Positions 51,344-61,314 of a DNA stretch of 64,000 bases are shown here, piece by piece. The stretch is from Escherichia phage QL01. Position numbers and translations under genes: made by a program. Location of the stretch: sequence record NC_028847.1. One strand, 5' to 3'. The notes under the pieces are model-generated. The model saw only the letters and a program-made list of their open reading frames with translations, searched no databases and was not told the DNA's origin. Position 1 is the first letter of the stretch. Each line of letters opens with the position of its first letter.

Positions 51344-51372
51344 ATAGTATCATGTTTAAAGGCATTGTAAAC
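51344..51372 (-). promoter_or_regulatory. early promoter GTTTAC-N17-TACTAT
   Basis: Motif upstream of 51084..51311 ORF; cassette nearly identical to 52057..52085. Confidence 0.55.
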
Positions 51373-51374
51373 AC

Positions 51375-51635
51375 TTATTTTTGAATTTTATCAAGCCATT
51401 TACCAAGCTTAATCATTTCTTTGGTAGCTTTTTCCATACTTCTAAATTTAACCAGTAAAGGTTGGGCATCAACACCCATAACTAAGGTGGTTACAAGACT
51501 ATGTTCACCTACAAGCCATAATGAATAAGTTTGGATATCGAGCCCGTAATTTCGGTCTTTATGAACTCGTACACCCATCACTTCAAATTTCTCACTGGCT
51601 TTTTCTACTGCATCCAGGAAATCATCTTTAGTCAT
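51375..51635 (-). CDS. hypothetical protein (frd.x)
   Basis: Start at internal ATG (MTKDDFLDAV...) abutting upstream stop. Confidence 0.45.
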   Translation of the reverse strand: MTKDDFLDAVEKASEKFEVMGVRVHKDRNYGLDIQTYSLWLVGEHSLVTTLVMGVDAQPLLVKFRSMEKATKEMIKLGKWLDKIQK

Positions 51636-51636
51636 A

Positions 51637-52026
51637 TTAGGCCTTAAAAGTTTTTTGCAAAAGTTCAATGATTTGGTCAACGTTCTGTTCGGTGACAATG
51701 CAATGGATTTGAGTCACACCGGCCTTAGCAATAGGCTCATCGATTTCTTTATCTTCCACAACATATTCACGGAAGCAATAGAACTCGTCTTCATGCAACT
51801 CAAAATAATTTGGCACCAACCCAACTTCATTATAAATCTCGCCGTTAGCGCATTCGATTTCAGTCACAAATTTGTCGCCATCCATAGTCACCATATCCTT
51901 TACTTCAAACCAACCGCCGTTGTCTTGGATAAGGCCGACCATGCTTTTATTATTTTCATATTCGTCCATTTCAATAAAGTCTTTAATGCATTCAGGACGA
52001 AGTTCATAAGTTTTACCGATTTCCAT
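51637..52026 (-). CDS. hypothetical protein (frd.x, early)
   Basis: 129 aa; GAGGAAAT SD; early promoter upstream. Confidence 0.55.
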   Translation of the reverse strand: MEIGKTYELRPECIKDFIEMDEYENNKSMVGLIQDNGGWFEVKDMVTMDGDKFVTEIECANGEIYNEVGLVPNYFELHEDEFYCFREYVVEDKEIDEPIAKAGVTQIHCIVTEQNVDQIIELLQKTFKA

Positions 52027-52056
52027 TTTTATTTCCTCATGTAGTTGATAGGGCCT

Positions 52057-52085
52057 ATAGTATCATGTTTAAAGGCGTTGTAAAC
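52057..52085 (-). promoter_or_regulatory. early promoter GTTTAC-N17-TACTAT
   Basis: Motif upstream of 51637..52026 ORF. Confidence 0.55.
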
Positions 52086-52101
52086 CATTAAATGCCAAAA
52101 A

Positions 52102-52121
52102 GGGAAGACCGAAGTCTTCCC
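52102..52121 (-). terminator. hairpin terminator after gene 32 (GGGAAGAC-UUCG-GUCUUCCC)
   Basis: 8-bp perfect stem, UUCG loop, U-run on minus strand. Confidence 0.7.
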
Positions 52122-52137
52122 ATTATAAATCAATAAC

Positions 52138-53043
52138 TTATAGACCAGCTAACAGGTCGTCCAGACCATCGTCATCAGAAGGACTTACTGACGGCTCAGG
52201 AGTAGTGGAACGAGTCGGTGTAGATGGTTTAGAATCATATGCATCAAGGTCTGCACTGAATGCGTCCAGGTCATCACCAATCTTATCAGCGGCTGCAGAA
52301 GCTTTAGCGGCAGCACCACCAAGAGCAGCTGTACCAACAACTTTCTTAAACTTGGCTTCGTTAGTTTCGAATGATTTGAAATCGAGCAGTTTAGAAAGGT
52401 CGTGCATTTCTTCCATCAATTTAGCTTGGTAAGCTTCATCATTGATGTTAGGAATTTCAGACTGACCCATGAATTTGGAATCGTCATAGTTCTTGAAGTC
52501 GCCAACTTTCTTAGATTTCAGTACGAAGTTCGCACCATCAAACGGACATGTTACGTCAACCGGCACTTCACCAATATCGGTATCAACTTCAACCATCTGG
52601 TTGATTTTATCCATAATTTTCTGACCGAAACGGAATTTAAACACTTTACCTTCGTTAGCAGGCACTGCACTATCCTTAATAACAAGGATGTTAGCCCAGA
52701 AGGAAGTTTTACGTTTCATCAGTTTGTATTCGGCATTATTAGTATTAAAGGTATCATTCTGGTTCATGTATTTACATACAGGACATGAATCGAAATCACC
52801 GTGTGTAGACGTACAGTTTTCAATGTACCATTGACCATTTTTCTTAAAGCCGTGGTTAACGAGCTTAATGAATGGAGATGGATTTTCTTCGTTTTTCGAA
52901 GGTAGGAAACGAATTACCGCAGTACCAACGCCATTGTCATCTTTCAATTTCCATTCAGCTTTATCATCGGAAGAGAAAGAAGAACCACCTTTCATTGCAG
53001 ACAGTTGAGCAGCCAGTTGGGAAGGGTCTTTACGTTTAAACAT
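52138..53043 (-). CDS. 32: single-stranded DNA-binding protein gp32
   Basis: 301 aa; MFKRK...[33 protein letters not shown], acidic C-terminal tail; matches T4 gp32. Confidence 0.96.
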   Translation of the reverse strand: MFKRKDPSQLAAQLSAMKGGSSFSSDDKAEWKLKDDNGVGTAVIRFLPSKNEENPSPFIKLVNHGFKKNGQWYIENCTSTHGDFDSCPVCKYMNQNDTFNTNNAEYKLMKRKTSFWANILVIKDSAVPANEGKVFKFRFGQKIMDKINQMVEVDTDIGEVPVDVTCPFDGANFVLKSKKVGDFKNYDDSKFMGQSEIPNINDEAYQAKLMEEMHDLSKLLDFKSFETNEAKFKKVVGTAALGGAAAKASAAADKIGDDLDAFSADLDAYDSKPSTPTRSTTPEPSVSPSDDDGLDDLLAGL

Positions 53044-53132
53044 ATTATTTACCTTAGCAGATTTAGCAGTTATATTTTATTAACAGTTTTTAACAGATTG
53101 AGTTAGTATATTAACACAGTTGGTTTGAAGCA
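53044..53132 (-). promoter_or_regulatory. gene 32 5' leader, candidate autoregulatory translational operator region
   Basis: AT-rich unstructured leader upstream of gp32 start; T4 gp32 is known to autoregulate via its leader; elements not individually resolved. Confidence 0.35.
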
Positions 53133-53786
53133 TTAAAACTTACAAGATTTGATAGTTTCAATGAACAATTTACGAGCTTCTAAATTATCGATTATAAGAA
53201 TTTTCTTATAAGCATTTAATTTAGTCGAATACTTAGACCATACTAAATCGTTGGTCTGTTCATCATGTTTATTTATTATATCCATAAATGAATCAAGCAA
53301 AATAAACGTTTCGAATGAAATCACATTCGATTGAAGGAGCTTAAAAATATAGCTCGAGTTAACTTTTTTATTATAATCAAAAATTTCAGAAAGCGCTTGA
53401 ACTTCCACTTTCTTACTAAAATAATAAATGTTTTTGATATCATCCTCAAAAACTTGTTTTATTCTTTTAAGTCTACCGATATATTCTCGGTAAAAGACTA
53501 AGGCGTCAGCATCACTGATGTCGCCAATCCATGCGTCTTGGTTAGCCACCAAGTTACTCATGAAGATAAGAGCAAGCTCTTTCAAAGTGTATTTATCACT
53601 CAATTTCTCAAAGAAATATTTGTCACGACGTTTTTGATAAGCCGTATCAGAGATTCGCATGACCCAGTTATATTTTATAACGTCGTATTTGGCATTGAAG
53701 TGATGTTTGAGCATTAAGTATAGTGAATATACGCTCTTACCATTCACCATACGGTTATTGTTTGGTGGCATGCGAATCTTAATCAT
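53133..53786 (-). CDS. 59: helicase loader gp59
   Basis: 217 aa; near-identity to T4 gp59 (RRDKYFF.KLS.KY.LKELALIF.SNLVANQDAWIGDISDADALVFYREYIGRLK). Confidence 0.96.
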   Translation of the reverse strand: MIKIRMPPNNNRMVNGKSVYSLYLMLKHHFNAKYDVIKYNWVMRISDTAYQKRRDKYFFEKLSDKYTLKELALIFMSNLVANQDAWIGDISDADALVFYREYIGRLKRIKQVFEDDIKNIYYFSKKVEVQALSEIFDYNKKVNSSYIFKLLQSNVISFETFILLDSFMDIINKHDEQTNDLVWSKYSTKLNAYKKILIIDNLEARKLFIETIKSCKF

Positions 53787-54085
53787 AACAAGAAATCCAG
53801 AGTATTAGTTTTTTGCGTTCGAGCCATTGAAGGTCGAAGCAAGTTATCATCAATGGCTTCGTTCATAATTTTATCAATAATTCCTGCAGGCAAATAACGA
53901 GCAAAGTTACCTTCAGGGATGCTATTCTCTTCCAACCATGCGGTAGCCGCTTCGAGGTAACTACAACCTTCAGCTTCAACAAAGGCCTCAATATCAAGAC
54001 CGTTCTGTTGTTTGTTTACGAGCACATGGACAGGTTCGGAAGCGGTATTAACCGCTCCATCAAAATCATTCAAAGATTGTGTCAT
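53783..54085 (-). CDS. 33: late transcription co-activator gp33
   Basis: 100 aa; SYLEA.TA.LEENSIPE...LLRPS...TLDFLL matches T4 gp33 C-terminus. Confidence 0.9.
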   Translation of the reverse strand: MTQSLNDFDGAVNTASEPVHVLVNKQQNGLDIEAFVEAEGCSYLEAATAWLEENSIPEGNFARYLPAGIIDKIMNEAIDDNLLRPSMARTQKTNTLDFLL

Positions 54086-54335
54086 ACAGTTCTACCACTT
54101 CAGTTTTTTCGTCTTCGAAACGTTCACGAGTGCCTTTATGGTACAGAGAGAACAGTTGGTTAAACATTTTACCGTCTACACCAAGTTCAGTCTTAGCACG
54201 GTCTTTGATATCTTTAATTTCGTCACCGTAAGCTTCCATTTTTAATTTAGTATCGGAAGCAGACTTAATCAGTTGTGCCAATGTGTTGCCATGTTCTTCT
54301 TGATTGAATTCAACTTTCACTTTTTCTTTAGCCAT
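54066..54335 (-). CDS. dsbA: DsbA dsDNA-binding protein
   Basis: Track start is GTG; ATG (MAKEKVKVEF...) with AAGGTGA SD gives 89 aa, T4 DsbA length as recalled. Confidence 0.8.
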   Translation of the reverse strand: MAKEKVKVEFNQEEHGNTLAQLIKSASDTKLKMEAYGDEIKDIKDRAKTELGVDGKMFNQLFSLYHKGTRERFEDEKTEVVELYDTIFE

Positions 54336-54345
54336 TATATTCACC

Positions 54346-55293
54346 TTAATAAAAATCAGCTACTGTAGCGGTTAGTTTAGACAAACCCGATTTAACGAAA
54401 TAAGGATAAACTTTAGATTTCGAAGGTTTGTTATACGTATTATATCTTTCAGTAATTAAAGCAACAATATCATCCGGAATAAAGTCCATATCAATTAAGA
54501 TTTGGTTTTCACAGAAACGTTCATATTGTTCTTCAGTAAGAAGTGTTTTAATTATATCATGGTCATAATAATTAAGAGCAATTGCTTCAAGTTCCTTGGC
54601 ACGAGTGCTAGGAGTACGCTCGCCTTCAACCATGGTCAACCAATAATCACCACGAACTTTAATACTCGCGACGTTATCTTTACGGTCACCTTTAACAACC
54701 TTAGTCACGCAATCAAGCAATGCATCACCAGATTTTGTTTTGACGAATTTTTTCTGCATTGGGGACCATTGTTTTACACCAGGGAATTTATGAAGTTGGG
54801 TAAAGTCACCATCAGAAGAACCAATCATAACAGGGTGGCCTAAAGCCGTAAGGATTCGGGTTAAAACAGCAATATGGTCGTCAGCTTCGATTGTATCGAT
54901 ATTCATAACAATATAAGGCATGTTTTGTTCCAGTTCATCAACAATAATATGCATTGCTGTGAATAAACCTTCCCAATCAAATGGTGATTCGTCACGAGCC
55001 TTAGCACGGTTTTTCTTATAATAAGAAGAATAACGACGACGCCAATAACCTGATTTGGAGTTATCAACACAAATAATTAATTGGTTGTAACCTTGTTTAC
55101 GGAAGTCTTTAATGTTTTTCTTAATTGAATTCAACACGAGGTGTCGAAGCATTGCGGTAGTTACTTTAGGAAATCCAGCATTCTCACCAAACTCTTGGAA
55201 AGCCGCAGCCATAATGATTTGGCTGAAATCTAGGAGTAAAAATCCATCTTTTTGTTGGTCTTCTTCAGGAAGTAAAAAATCTAAATCGTTCAT
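54346..55293 (-). CDS. rnh: RNase H (5'-3' exonuclease/flap endonuclease)
   Basis: 315 aa; IDFSQI, CID.NAKSGYWRR, IEADDHIAVL, SSDGDFTQLHK.P.VKQWSPM.KK, NVASVKVR.D.W.T.VEGERTPS match T4 RNase H. Confidence 0.96.
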   Translation of the reverse strand: MNDLDFLLPEEDQQKDGFLLLDFSQIIMAAAFQEFGENAGFPKVTTAMLRHLVLNSIKKNIKDFRKQGYNQLIICVDNSKSGYWRRRYSSYYKKNRAKARDESPFDWEGLFTAMHIIVDELEQNMPYIVMNIDTIEADDHIAVLTRILTALGHPVMIGSSDGDFTQLHKFPGVKQWSPMQKKFVKTKSGDALLDCVTKVVKGDRKDNVASIKVRGDYWLTMVEGERTPSTRAKELEAIALNYYDHDIIKTLLTEEQYERFCENQILIDMDFIPDDIVALITERYNTYNKPSKSKVYPYFVKSGLSKLTATVADFY

Positions 55294-55324
55294 ATGAACC
55301 TCTGTTCAAGTAGTTGAGAGGTCC

Positions 55325-55353
55325 ATTATATCATGGGTTTTAAGGAAGTAAAC
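55325..55353 (-). promoter_or_regulatory. early promoter GTTTAC-N17-TATAAT (rnh)
   Basis: Consensus motif upstream of rnh ATG. Confidence 0.55.
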
Positions 55354-55360
55354 ATCTTGC

Positions 55361-55368
55361 TATAAATA
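55361..55368 (+). promoter_or_regulatory. late promoter TATAAATA (gene 34)
   Basis: Consensus about 33 bp upstream of gene 34 ATG. Confidence 0.6.
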
Positions 55369-55400
55369 GTTCTATACCCTGAAAACGAAAAGGAAATAAA

Positions 55401-58400
55401 ATGGCCGATATTTTAAAACCTGCCTTCCGTGCTACATCCGGACTCGATGCTGCAGGCGAGAAAGTTATCAATGTTGCCAAAGCCGATTACAATGTATTAG
55501 ACGACGGCGTCAACGTTGAATTCTTTATAGATGAGAACACCATCCAGGCGTACGACGAGACGCGCGGATATAAGAAAGGGTTTGCCGTAATCCATGACCA
55601 ACGTATCTGGGTTGCTCAACGTGATATCAATGCTCCAGCAGGAACCTTTGTACCTGGTTATTGGACTGCTACCCGTACTGACCCTAAATGGATTACCGTA
55701 GCATCTCCTACACGCCAGCTGGCTTCCGGTGAATATATTGCTGTGGATTCTGCTGCTAGCTTTACTACATTTACCCTGCCTCCGAACCCTACTGATGGTG
55801 ATACCATCGTAATCAAGGATATTGGTGGCCGTGTAGGTTATAATGAAATTAAGCTCCAGTCTAGTTCTGCTCCAGGTGGTGGTAATCAGAAAATTGTCCG
55901 TTTCGGTAACCAGTTCACTGAGACCTTAATTACGAAGCCTTTTTCCTATAATATGATTATCTTTGCCAACCGTTTATGGCATTTCTGGGAAGCAGCTAAT
56001 GAAGAACGTGGTATTCGTGTAGAACCGAACACCGCCCAGTTCCAATCACAAGCGGGTGATAACGTTTTACGTCGTTATACTTCAGGTGCAGTAATTAAGT
56101 TTACTCTTCCTAAGTATGCGAACCAAGGTGATATTATTAAAACCGTTGATATCGATGGTTTAGGAAGTAAATTCCACTTAATCGTTGAAACATTTGATGC
56201 GTCATCTTCATTAGGTAAGCCTGGCCAGCATAGCATGGAATTCCGTACTTCAGGTGATGGATTCTTTGTTTATAACTCTACCGAAAAATTATGGTATGTT
56301 TGGGACGGCGACCGACAAACTCGTTTACGTGTAATTCGTGACGATGTTGAACTCTTGGCTAACGAAAGTGTTATTGTTTTTGGTCCTAATAACACGACAC
56401 CCCAGACAATTAATATCACATTACCTACCGGTGTGGCCCAGGGTGATGTCGTTAAGATTGCTCTGAACTATCTCCGTAAAGCTCAGACAGTAAATATTAA
56501 GGCTGCCGTAGGAGATAAGATTGCTTCATCCGTCCAGTTGCTTCAATTCCCTAAACGTTCAGAATATCCACCAGAAACCGAATGGGTATTGAATGACGTA
56601 CTGACCTTTAATGGCAATATAAGTTATACTCCGGTTATTGAACTGAGTTATATCGAAGACACCACTACAGGTGGCAAATATTGGGTTGTTGCCCAGAACG
56701 TTCCTACTATAGAACGTGTGGATTCTAAAGATGATTTAACTCGTGCTCGTTTAGGTGTTATTGCCCTTGCGTCCCAGACTCAAGCAAACGTTGACCATGA
56801 AAATAATCCTGAAAAAGAACTTGCAATTACTCCACAGACTTTAGCTAATCGTGTAGCGACTGAATCTCGTCGTGGTATTGCTCGTATTGCTACTACTGCT
56901 CAGGTGAACCAGGACACAACCTTCGCATTCCAGGACGATTTGATTATTTCTCCTAAGAAATTAAACGAACGTACTGCAACCGAAACCCGCCGTGGTGTTG
57001 CTGAAATTGCTACGCAAGTTGAAACTGATGCTGGTATAGATGATACTACAATCATCACTCCTAAGAAGCTACAAGCGCGCCAGGGTTCGGAAAGTCTTTC
57101 AGGTATTGTAACATATACCTCTACTGTAGGAACCACTCCTGCGACTGCTAGGGACACCGTAGGTACTAACGTTTATAATAATAACGTAGGCAATTTGGTT
57201 ATTTCTCCTAAAGCTCTTGACCAGTATAAAGCTACCCAAGTTCAACAGGGTACGGTATATCTTTCTAACCAATCTGAAGTTAACGCAGGCCAATCGGCAA
57301 GTGGATTTGCCAACAGTGCTGTTTCTCCGGAAACATTACATGCTCGTGTGGCTCTTGATACTCGTACAGGGTTAATTGAAATTGCTACGCAACAGGAAAC
57401 TGATACTGGAACAGATTATACTCGTGCGGTAACGCCTAAGACGTTAAATGATAGGAAAGCTACGGAAGGATTGACTGGTATTGCTAGAATTGCAACACAG
57501 GTAGAATTTGATGCAGGTACGTTAGATAATGTTATTTCAACTCCGTTGAAAATTAAAACAAGATTTAATGATACTGCTAGAACTTCTGTCTCAGCAGCCA
57601 GTGGTTTGGTTGAATCAGGAACCTTATGGAACCATTATACACTAGATATTAGAGAAGCAAATGAGACACAACGTGGTACTGCTCGCCTGGCAACCCAGAC
57701 CGAAGTCAACGTTGGTACTGATGACAAAACCATCATCACTCCTTTGAAATTACACTCTAAAAAATCTACTGAAAGTTCTGAAGGTATTATTCGTGTTGCA
57801 ACCAATACCGAAACAACCGCAGGAACTTCTAAAGTTTTGGCTGTAAGCCCTTCTGGTTTAAAATATGTAGTACAGACCGAAACTACTTGGGAAGCTACTG
57901 CACTTCGTCGTGGATTTGTTAAATTAACCGAAGGTGCTTTAACCCATTCAGGAAATAAAGTTACTGGTTCTGGTGTTAAATTCAACTCAGGTACAGGCCT
58001 TTATGAGAACGATGATACTGTTCTGAACGCAGCGAACTATCCTAAAACGGGTTATGCGGTTTCATCTTACGAGATGAATAAAACTTTACAGAACTTTTTA
58101 CCTATAAATGCTACGGCTGTGAACTCCGAGAAATTGGATGGCCTAGATTCACTCCAGTTCATTCGTAGAGACGTCGATCAAACGGTTAATGGTTCTTTAA
58201 CCCTGACCAAACAATTGAACCTGGCAGCTCCTCTAGTGTCTTCTAGTACTGCTAATATTACCGGCAATACTATTTTAGGTTCTCTGGAAGTAACCGGAAA
58301 TTCTACTTTTAAAAATGATGTATCTGTTAGCTCAGGTAAATCTATTAAATTTGTAGGACCCCAGTCTGGCGCAGGTTCTTGGGATTCTCAGGCAACTAAT

Positions 58401-59453
58401 TTTGCACCTATTTTCTCTGAGATAAATTCTACTGTTGATGCTAGTTATCACCCTATTGTTAAGCAACGATTAGGGCAGGGTACTTTCTCTTTAGGTACTT
58501 TAAATGACGGTTCCGGCGATTTTAAAATCCATCATATTAGCAGTGCTTCTGGTGCTTTAAAATCTTCCTACTGGACCTTTAATACGACCGGTGATTTTGC
58601 TGTTAATAGTGGTTCTATTAGTATTTCTAAGAATGCTAATATCACAGGTATAACCACTTCTAACGGTGTTTCTACAACCACACTAAATGCTTCTGCTCTG
58701 TCTTCGTTGCAAAACGTAACTACTTCAGGTACTATCGTTTCCACCGGACAGGTATCGGCAAATAATGGTTTGGTTGCTCAAAAATACGTCCGTTCTGTTG
58801 GTGTTAAACCTACATTAGCATCCCAGGCCCCTACTGCAGAAACAGTTGGCTTCTGGTCTGTTGATATCAATGATTCGGCCACATTTAACCTGTTCCCTGG
58901 TTATTGGACGATGAAAACGAAACGCCAGGTTAATATCGATACGGTCCAAACTAAACCTGCCGGTGTTTCTGATGAGATATGGAATGCTTCTGGTTGGTTG
59001 ACAGAAACAGGTGCATTTAGTTCTCCGGCTATTCGTTATCGTAACGAAGACGGTAGTTTTGGTGACGAAGTTCTCGGTACGTCAGGTCAGAAATTACGTG
59101 GTACTTGGTTTGATTATTCTGTTCGTGATAAGGAAGTTAAATATCCTGGTACGTTAACCCAGTTTGGTAATACATTGGATTCATGTTATCAGGATTGGGT
59201 GTGCTATCCTACAGGACTGAATGGTGGTACTATTCGTTATACACGTACCTGGCAGAAAAATAAAAACGCATGGACTACGTTCTCTATGGTCTATACGGCA
59301 GATAACCCTCCTTCTGCGGAAGAGGTTGGTGCATTGCCTGCTGATAACGCCACAATGGGTAACATTACAATCCTTGATTGGTTACGTATTGGTAACGTTC
59401 GTATTATTCCTGACCCGGTCACTAAATCCGTTAAGTTTGAGTGGATTGAATAA
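55401..59453 (+). CDS. 34: long tail fibre proximal subunit gp34
   Basis: 1350 aa; long identity blocks with T4 gp34 (ASSVQLLQFPKRSEYPPE, RARLGVIALA.QTQANVD, ATETRRGIARIATTAQVNQ, GTLTQFGNTLDS.YQDW, PDPV.K.VKFEW.E). Confidence 0.97.
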   Translation: MADILKPAFRATSGLDAAGEKVINVAKADYNVLDDGVNVEFFIDENTIQAYDETRGYKKGFAVIHDQRIWVAQRDINAPAGTFVPGYWTATRTDPKWITVASPTRQLASGEYIAVDSAASFTTFTLPPNPTDGDTIVIKDIGGRVGYNEIKLQSSSAPGGGNQKIVRFGNQFTETLITKPFSYNMIIFANRLWHFWEAANEERGIRVEPNTAQFQSQAGDNVLRRYTSGAVIKFTLPKYANQGDIIKTVDIDGLGSKFHLIVETFDASSSLGKPGQHSMEFRTSGDGFFVYNSTEKLWYVWDGDRQTRLRVIRDDVELLANESVIVFGPNNTTPQTINITLPTGVAQGDVVKIALNYLRKAQTVNIKAAVGDKIASSVQLLQFPKRSEYPPETEWVLNDVLTFNGNISYTPVIELSYIEDTTTGGKYWVVAQNVPTIERVDSKDDLTRARLGVIALASQTQANVDHENNPEKELAITPQTLANRVATESRRGIARIATTAQVNQDTTFAFQDDLIISPKKLNERTATETRRGVAEIATQVETDAGIDDTTIITPKKLQARQGSESLSGIVTYTSTVGTTPATARDTVGTNVYNNNVGNLVISPKALDQYKATQVQQGTVYLSNQSEVNAGQSASGFANSAVSPETLHARVALDTRTGLIEIATQQETDTGTDYTRAVTPKTLNDRKATEGLTGIARIATQVEFDAGTLDNVISTPLKIKTRFNDTARTSVSAASGLVESGTLWNHYTLDIREANETQRGTARLATQTEVNVGTDDKTIITPLKLHSKKSTESSEGIIRVATNTETTAGTSKVLAVSPSGLKYVVQTETTWEATALRRGFVKLTEGALTHSGNKVTGSGVKFNSGTGLYENDDTVLNAANYPKTGYAVSSYEMNKTLQNFLPINATAVNSEKLDGLDSLQFIRRDVDQTVNGSLTLTKQLNLAAPLVSSSTANITGNTILGSLEVTGNSTFKNDVSVSSGKSIKFVGPQSGAGSWDSQATNFAPIFSEINSTVDASYHPIVKQRLGQGTFSLGTLNDGSGDFKIHHISSASGALKSSYWTFNTTGDFAVNSGSISISKNANITGITTSNGVSTTTLNASALSSLQNVTTSGTIVSTGQVSANNGLVAQKYVRSVGVKPTLASQAPTAETVGFWSVDINDSATFNLFPGYWTMKTKRQVNIDTVQTKPAGVSDEIWNASGWLTETGAFSSPAIRYRNEDGSFGDEVLGTSGQKLRGTWFDYSVRDKEVKYPGTLTQFGNTLDSCYQDWVCYPTGLNGGTIRYTRTWQKNKNAWTTFSMVYTADNPPSAEEVGALPADNATMGNITILDWLRIGNVRIIPDPVTKSVKFEWIE
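56810..57890 (+). repeat. in-frame ~40-residue sequence repeats within gp34 shaft (A-TE-RRG-A-IAT ... TD-T-ITPKKL units)
   Basis: Seen in translation: at least six consecutive units of similar motif; coordinates approximate. Confidence 0.6.
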
Positions 59454-59461
59454 GAGGTATT

Positions 59462-60583
59462 ATGGAAAGATTTATGGCAGAATTTGGACAAGGATATGTC
59501 CAGGTTCCTACATTATCTGAAAACAATGCTGTAAGGTATAAACTTAGTATAGCGGGTAGTTGTACTAAGTCTACCACAAAAGCATATGTTAAATTTCAAG
59601 ATGGGAACTTCGGTTCCCAGAATTTTCAAAATGGATTAAACCTTATAGAAATCGATGTTAGTGCTGAACCCAAAATAGTGGCTAACAAAACTTATAGTTT
59701 TACAAAAGATTTTGATGTTATTTCTGAAGCTTTTATAACGTATATAAATTCTATACCAGCCAATAGAATAGTTTGTTTAGTATCTTCTGGTAGATTAAAT
59801 GCTTCACAAAAACTTATCGATTGGTTCCATGCAGCAGGAAGTACCGCATTTCCATCTAAATGGCTAATAGACCGCTTCGAGCCGTCTTATTCAGCATTTT
59901 ATGTTTCAGGAAGGAATGCTATAGTAATGGAACATGTGCTTTATAATGATGGGGTATTGGTCGAAGATGTTTCTACTCCATTGGAAGTGGTATTTGACGA
60001 TATCAGTGATGTTGGCGGTACAGGATATCCTGTCAGAATTGTTGAAGATGAAAACACTTATCTAAGCAATGAGGGAGATGAAATTAAGCGATTTCCTACA
60101 GAATCTCCTACCGCCCCATTAACAGATTATAATATGAAACCAGGTGAATTCTTTTATCTTAAGTTTCAATTAATGTGCGACCAAGCTTTAAAAGATGTCG
60201 GGACTTCTCAGATGTCTGTTAGATTTTTTAACGCCTCAGGTGCTTTAACTGGGACAGTTAATATGGACGTTCCTTCCAACGTTCCTGCCGGTGCATGGAT
60301 GACATTTGAACGGGTAGTAATGGTTCCTGAAGGTACTACAGACTTTACCCTTTATGCCAGAAAAACAGCTTCGGCTGGCCAAGGCGGAGTTCGAAATGTT
60401 ATGTTCGGTGAGATATCTGAATCAGAACCTCAGCCAAAACCTGCTGAATTTGGTGTTAACGGTATTCGTATGAACTTTGGTACGGAAACTAAAAATATGG
60501 GTACTACCATAGCCCAGCTATATGATAAAACAGGCACTAAACCTGGTCAGGTTTGGGTCGCTGAATTTAGAGAAAAATATTAA
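59462..60583 (+). CDS. 35: long tail fibre hinge connector gp35
   Basis: 373 aa, position between 34 and 36; followed by strong hairpin terminator. Confidence 0.85.
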   Translation: MERFMAEFGQGYVQVPTLSENNAVRYKLSIAGSCTKSTTKAYVKFQDGNFGSQNFQNGLNLIEIDVSAEPKIVANKTYSFTKDFDVISEAFITYINSIPANRIVCLVSSGRLNASQKLIDWFHAAGSTAFPSKWLIDRFEPSYSAFYVSGRNAIVMEHVLYNDGVLVEDVSTPLEVVFDDISDVGGTGYPVRIVEDENTYLSNEGDEIKRFPTESPTAPLTDYNMKPGEFFYLKFQLMCDQALKDVGTSQMSVRFFNASGALTGTVNMDVPSNVPAGAWMTFERVVMVPEGTTDFTLYARKTASAGQGGVRNVMFGEISESEPQPKPAEFGVNGIRMNFGTETKNMGTTIAQLYDKTGTKPGQVWVAEFREKY

Positions 60584-60612
60584 GGAACCTTCGGGTTCCT
60601 TTTTCGTTTTCT
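60582..60612 (+). terminator. rho-independent terminator after gene 35 (AAGGAACC-UUCG-GGUUCCUU then U-run)
   Basis: 8-bp stem, UUCG loop, TTTTCGTTTTC tail. Confidence 0.75.
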
Positions 60613-60617
60613 ACGGC

Positions 60618-60625
60618 CATAAATA
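60618..60625 (+). promoter_or_regulatory. late-promoter-like CATAAATA (gene 36)
   Basis: 7/8 match to TATAAATA about 35 bp upstream of gene 36 ATG. Confidence 0.4.
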
Positions 60626-60658
60626 TATAAAAGGCTATAACTCCCAAAGGAAACTCAA

Positions 60659-61306
60659 ATGGCAGATTTAAAATTAGGTTCTACAGCAGGAGGTTCAGTA
60701 TTATGGCACCAAGGTAATTTTCCCTTAACGCCTGTATCAAACGACCTTCTTTACAAAACATATAAAGTTTACACTGAATATAATAAACCACAAGCCGCTG
60801 ATAACGACTTTGTTTCAAAAGCAAATGGTGGTAATTATAAGAATAACGTGTATTTTGAAAAAGGGCTGACCTTTAATGATACCAATGGATATGGTATTAA
60901 ATTAGGAGCAAGAACCGGCGGAGCACCGTTCACGGCTTCTTTCCGTATTAAAGGTGCTTTTGGATATGAAACGGAAGATGGTACTCCGTTCATGATATTC
61001 GACCCAAGTACAGTAGTAGGTGCTAAACGCCTCACAGTAATGGGTGATTCATTATTCCGTCAGGTATACGATGAATCTGGCCGCGTATTCAGCCCAGGCA
61101 ACACCCCTACTAAAGCCCAAGTAGGATTATCGTTAGTAGATAACGCAAAACAAGTCCAAATAAATAATACTAACATGCAAACAATGACCGGAGTACTTGC
61201 TGCTCCTAACTTTATTTCGCTGAATCCGGCCTCTGACGCAGGACACGTTCCTCGTTTTGACCAGATTGTTATTAAAGATTCTATTCAAGATTTTGGTTAT
61301 TATTAA
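60659..61306 (+). CDS. 36: long tail fibre distal subunit connector gp36
   Basis: 215 aa; MADLK.GST.GGSV.WHQGNFPL, YNKPQAADNDFVSKANGG, NPAS...HVPRFDQIVIKDS.QDFGYY match T4 gp36. Confidence 0.95.
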   Translation: MADLKLGSTAGGSVLWHQGNFPLTPVSNDLLYKTYKVYTEYNKPQAADNDFVSKANGGNYKNNVYFEKGLTFNDTNGYGIKLGARTGGAPFTASFRIKGAFGYETEDGTPFMIFDPSTVVGAKRLTVMGDSLFRQVYDESGRVFSPGNTPTKAQVGLSLVDNAKQVQINNTNMQTMTGVLAAPNFISLNPASDAGHVPRFDQIVIKDSIQDFGYY

Positions 61307-61314
61307 GAGGCATT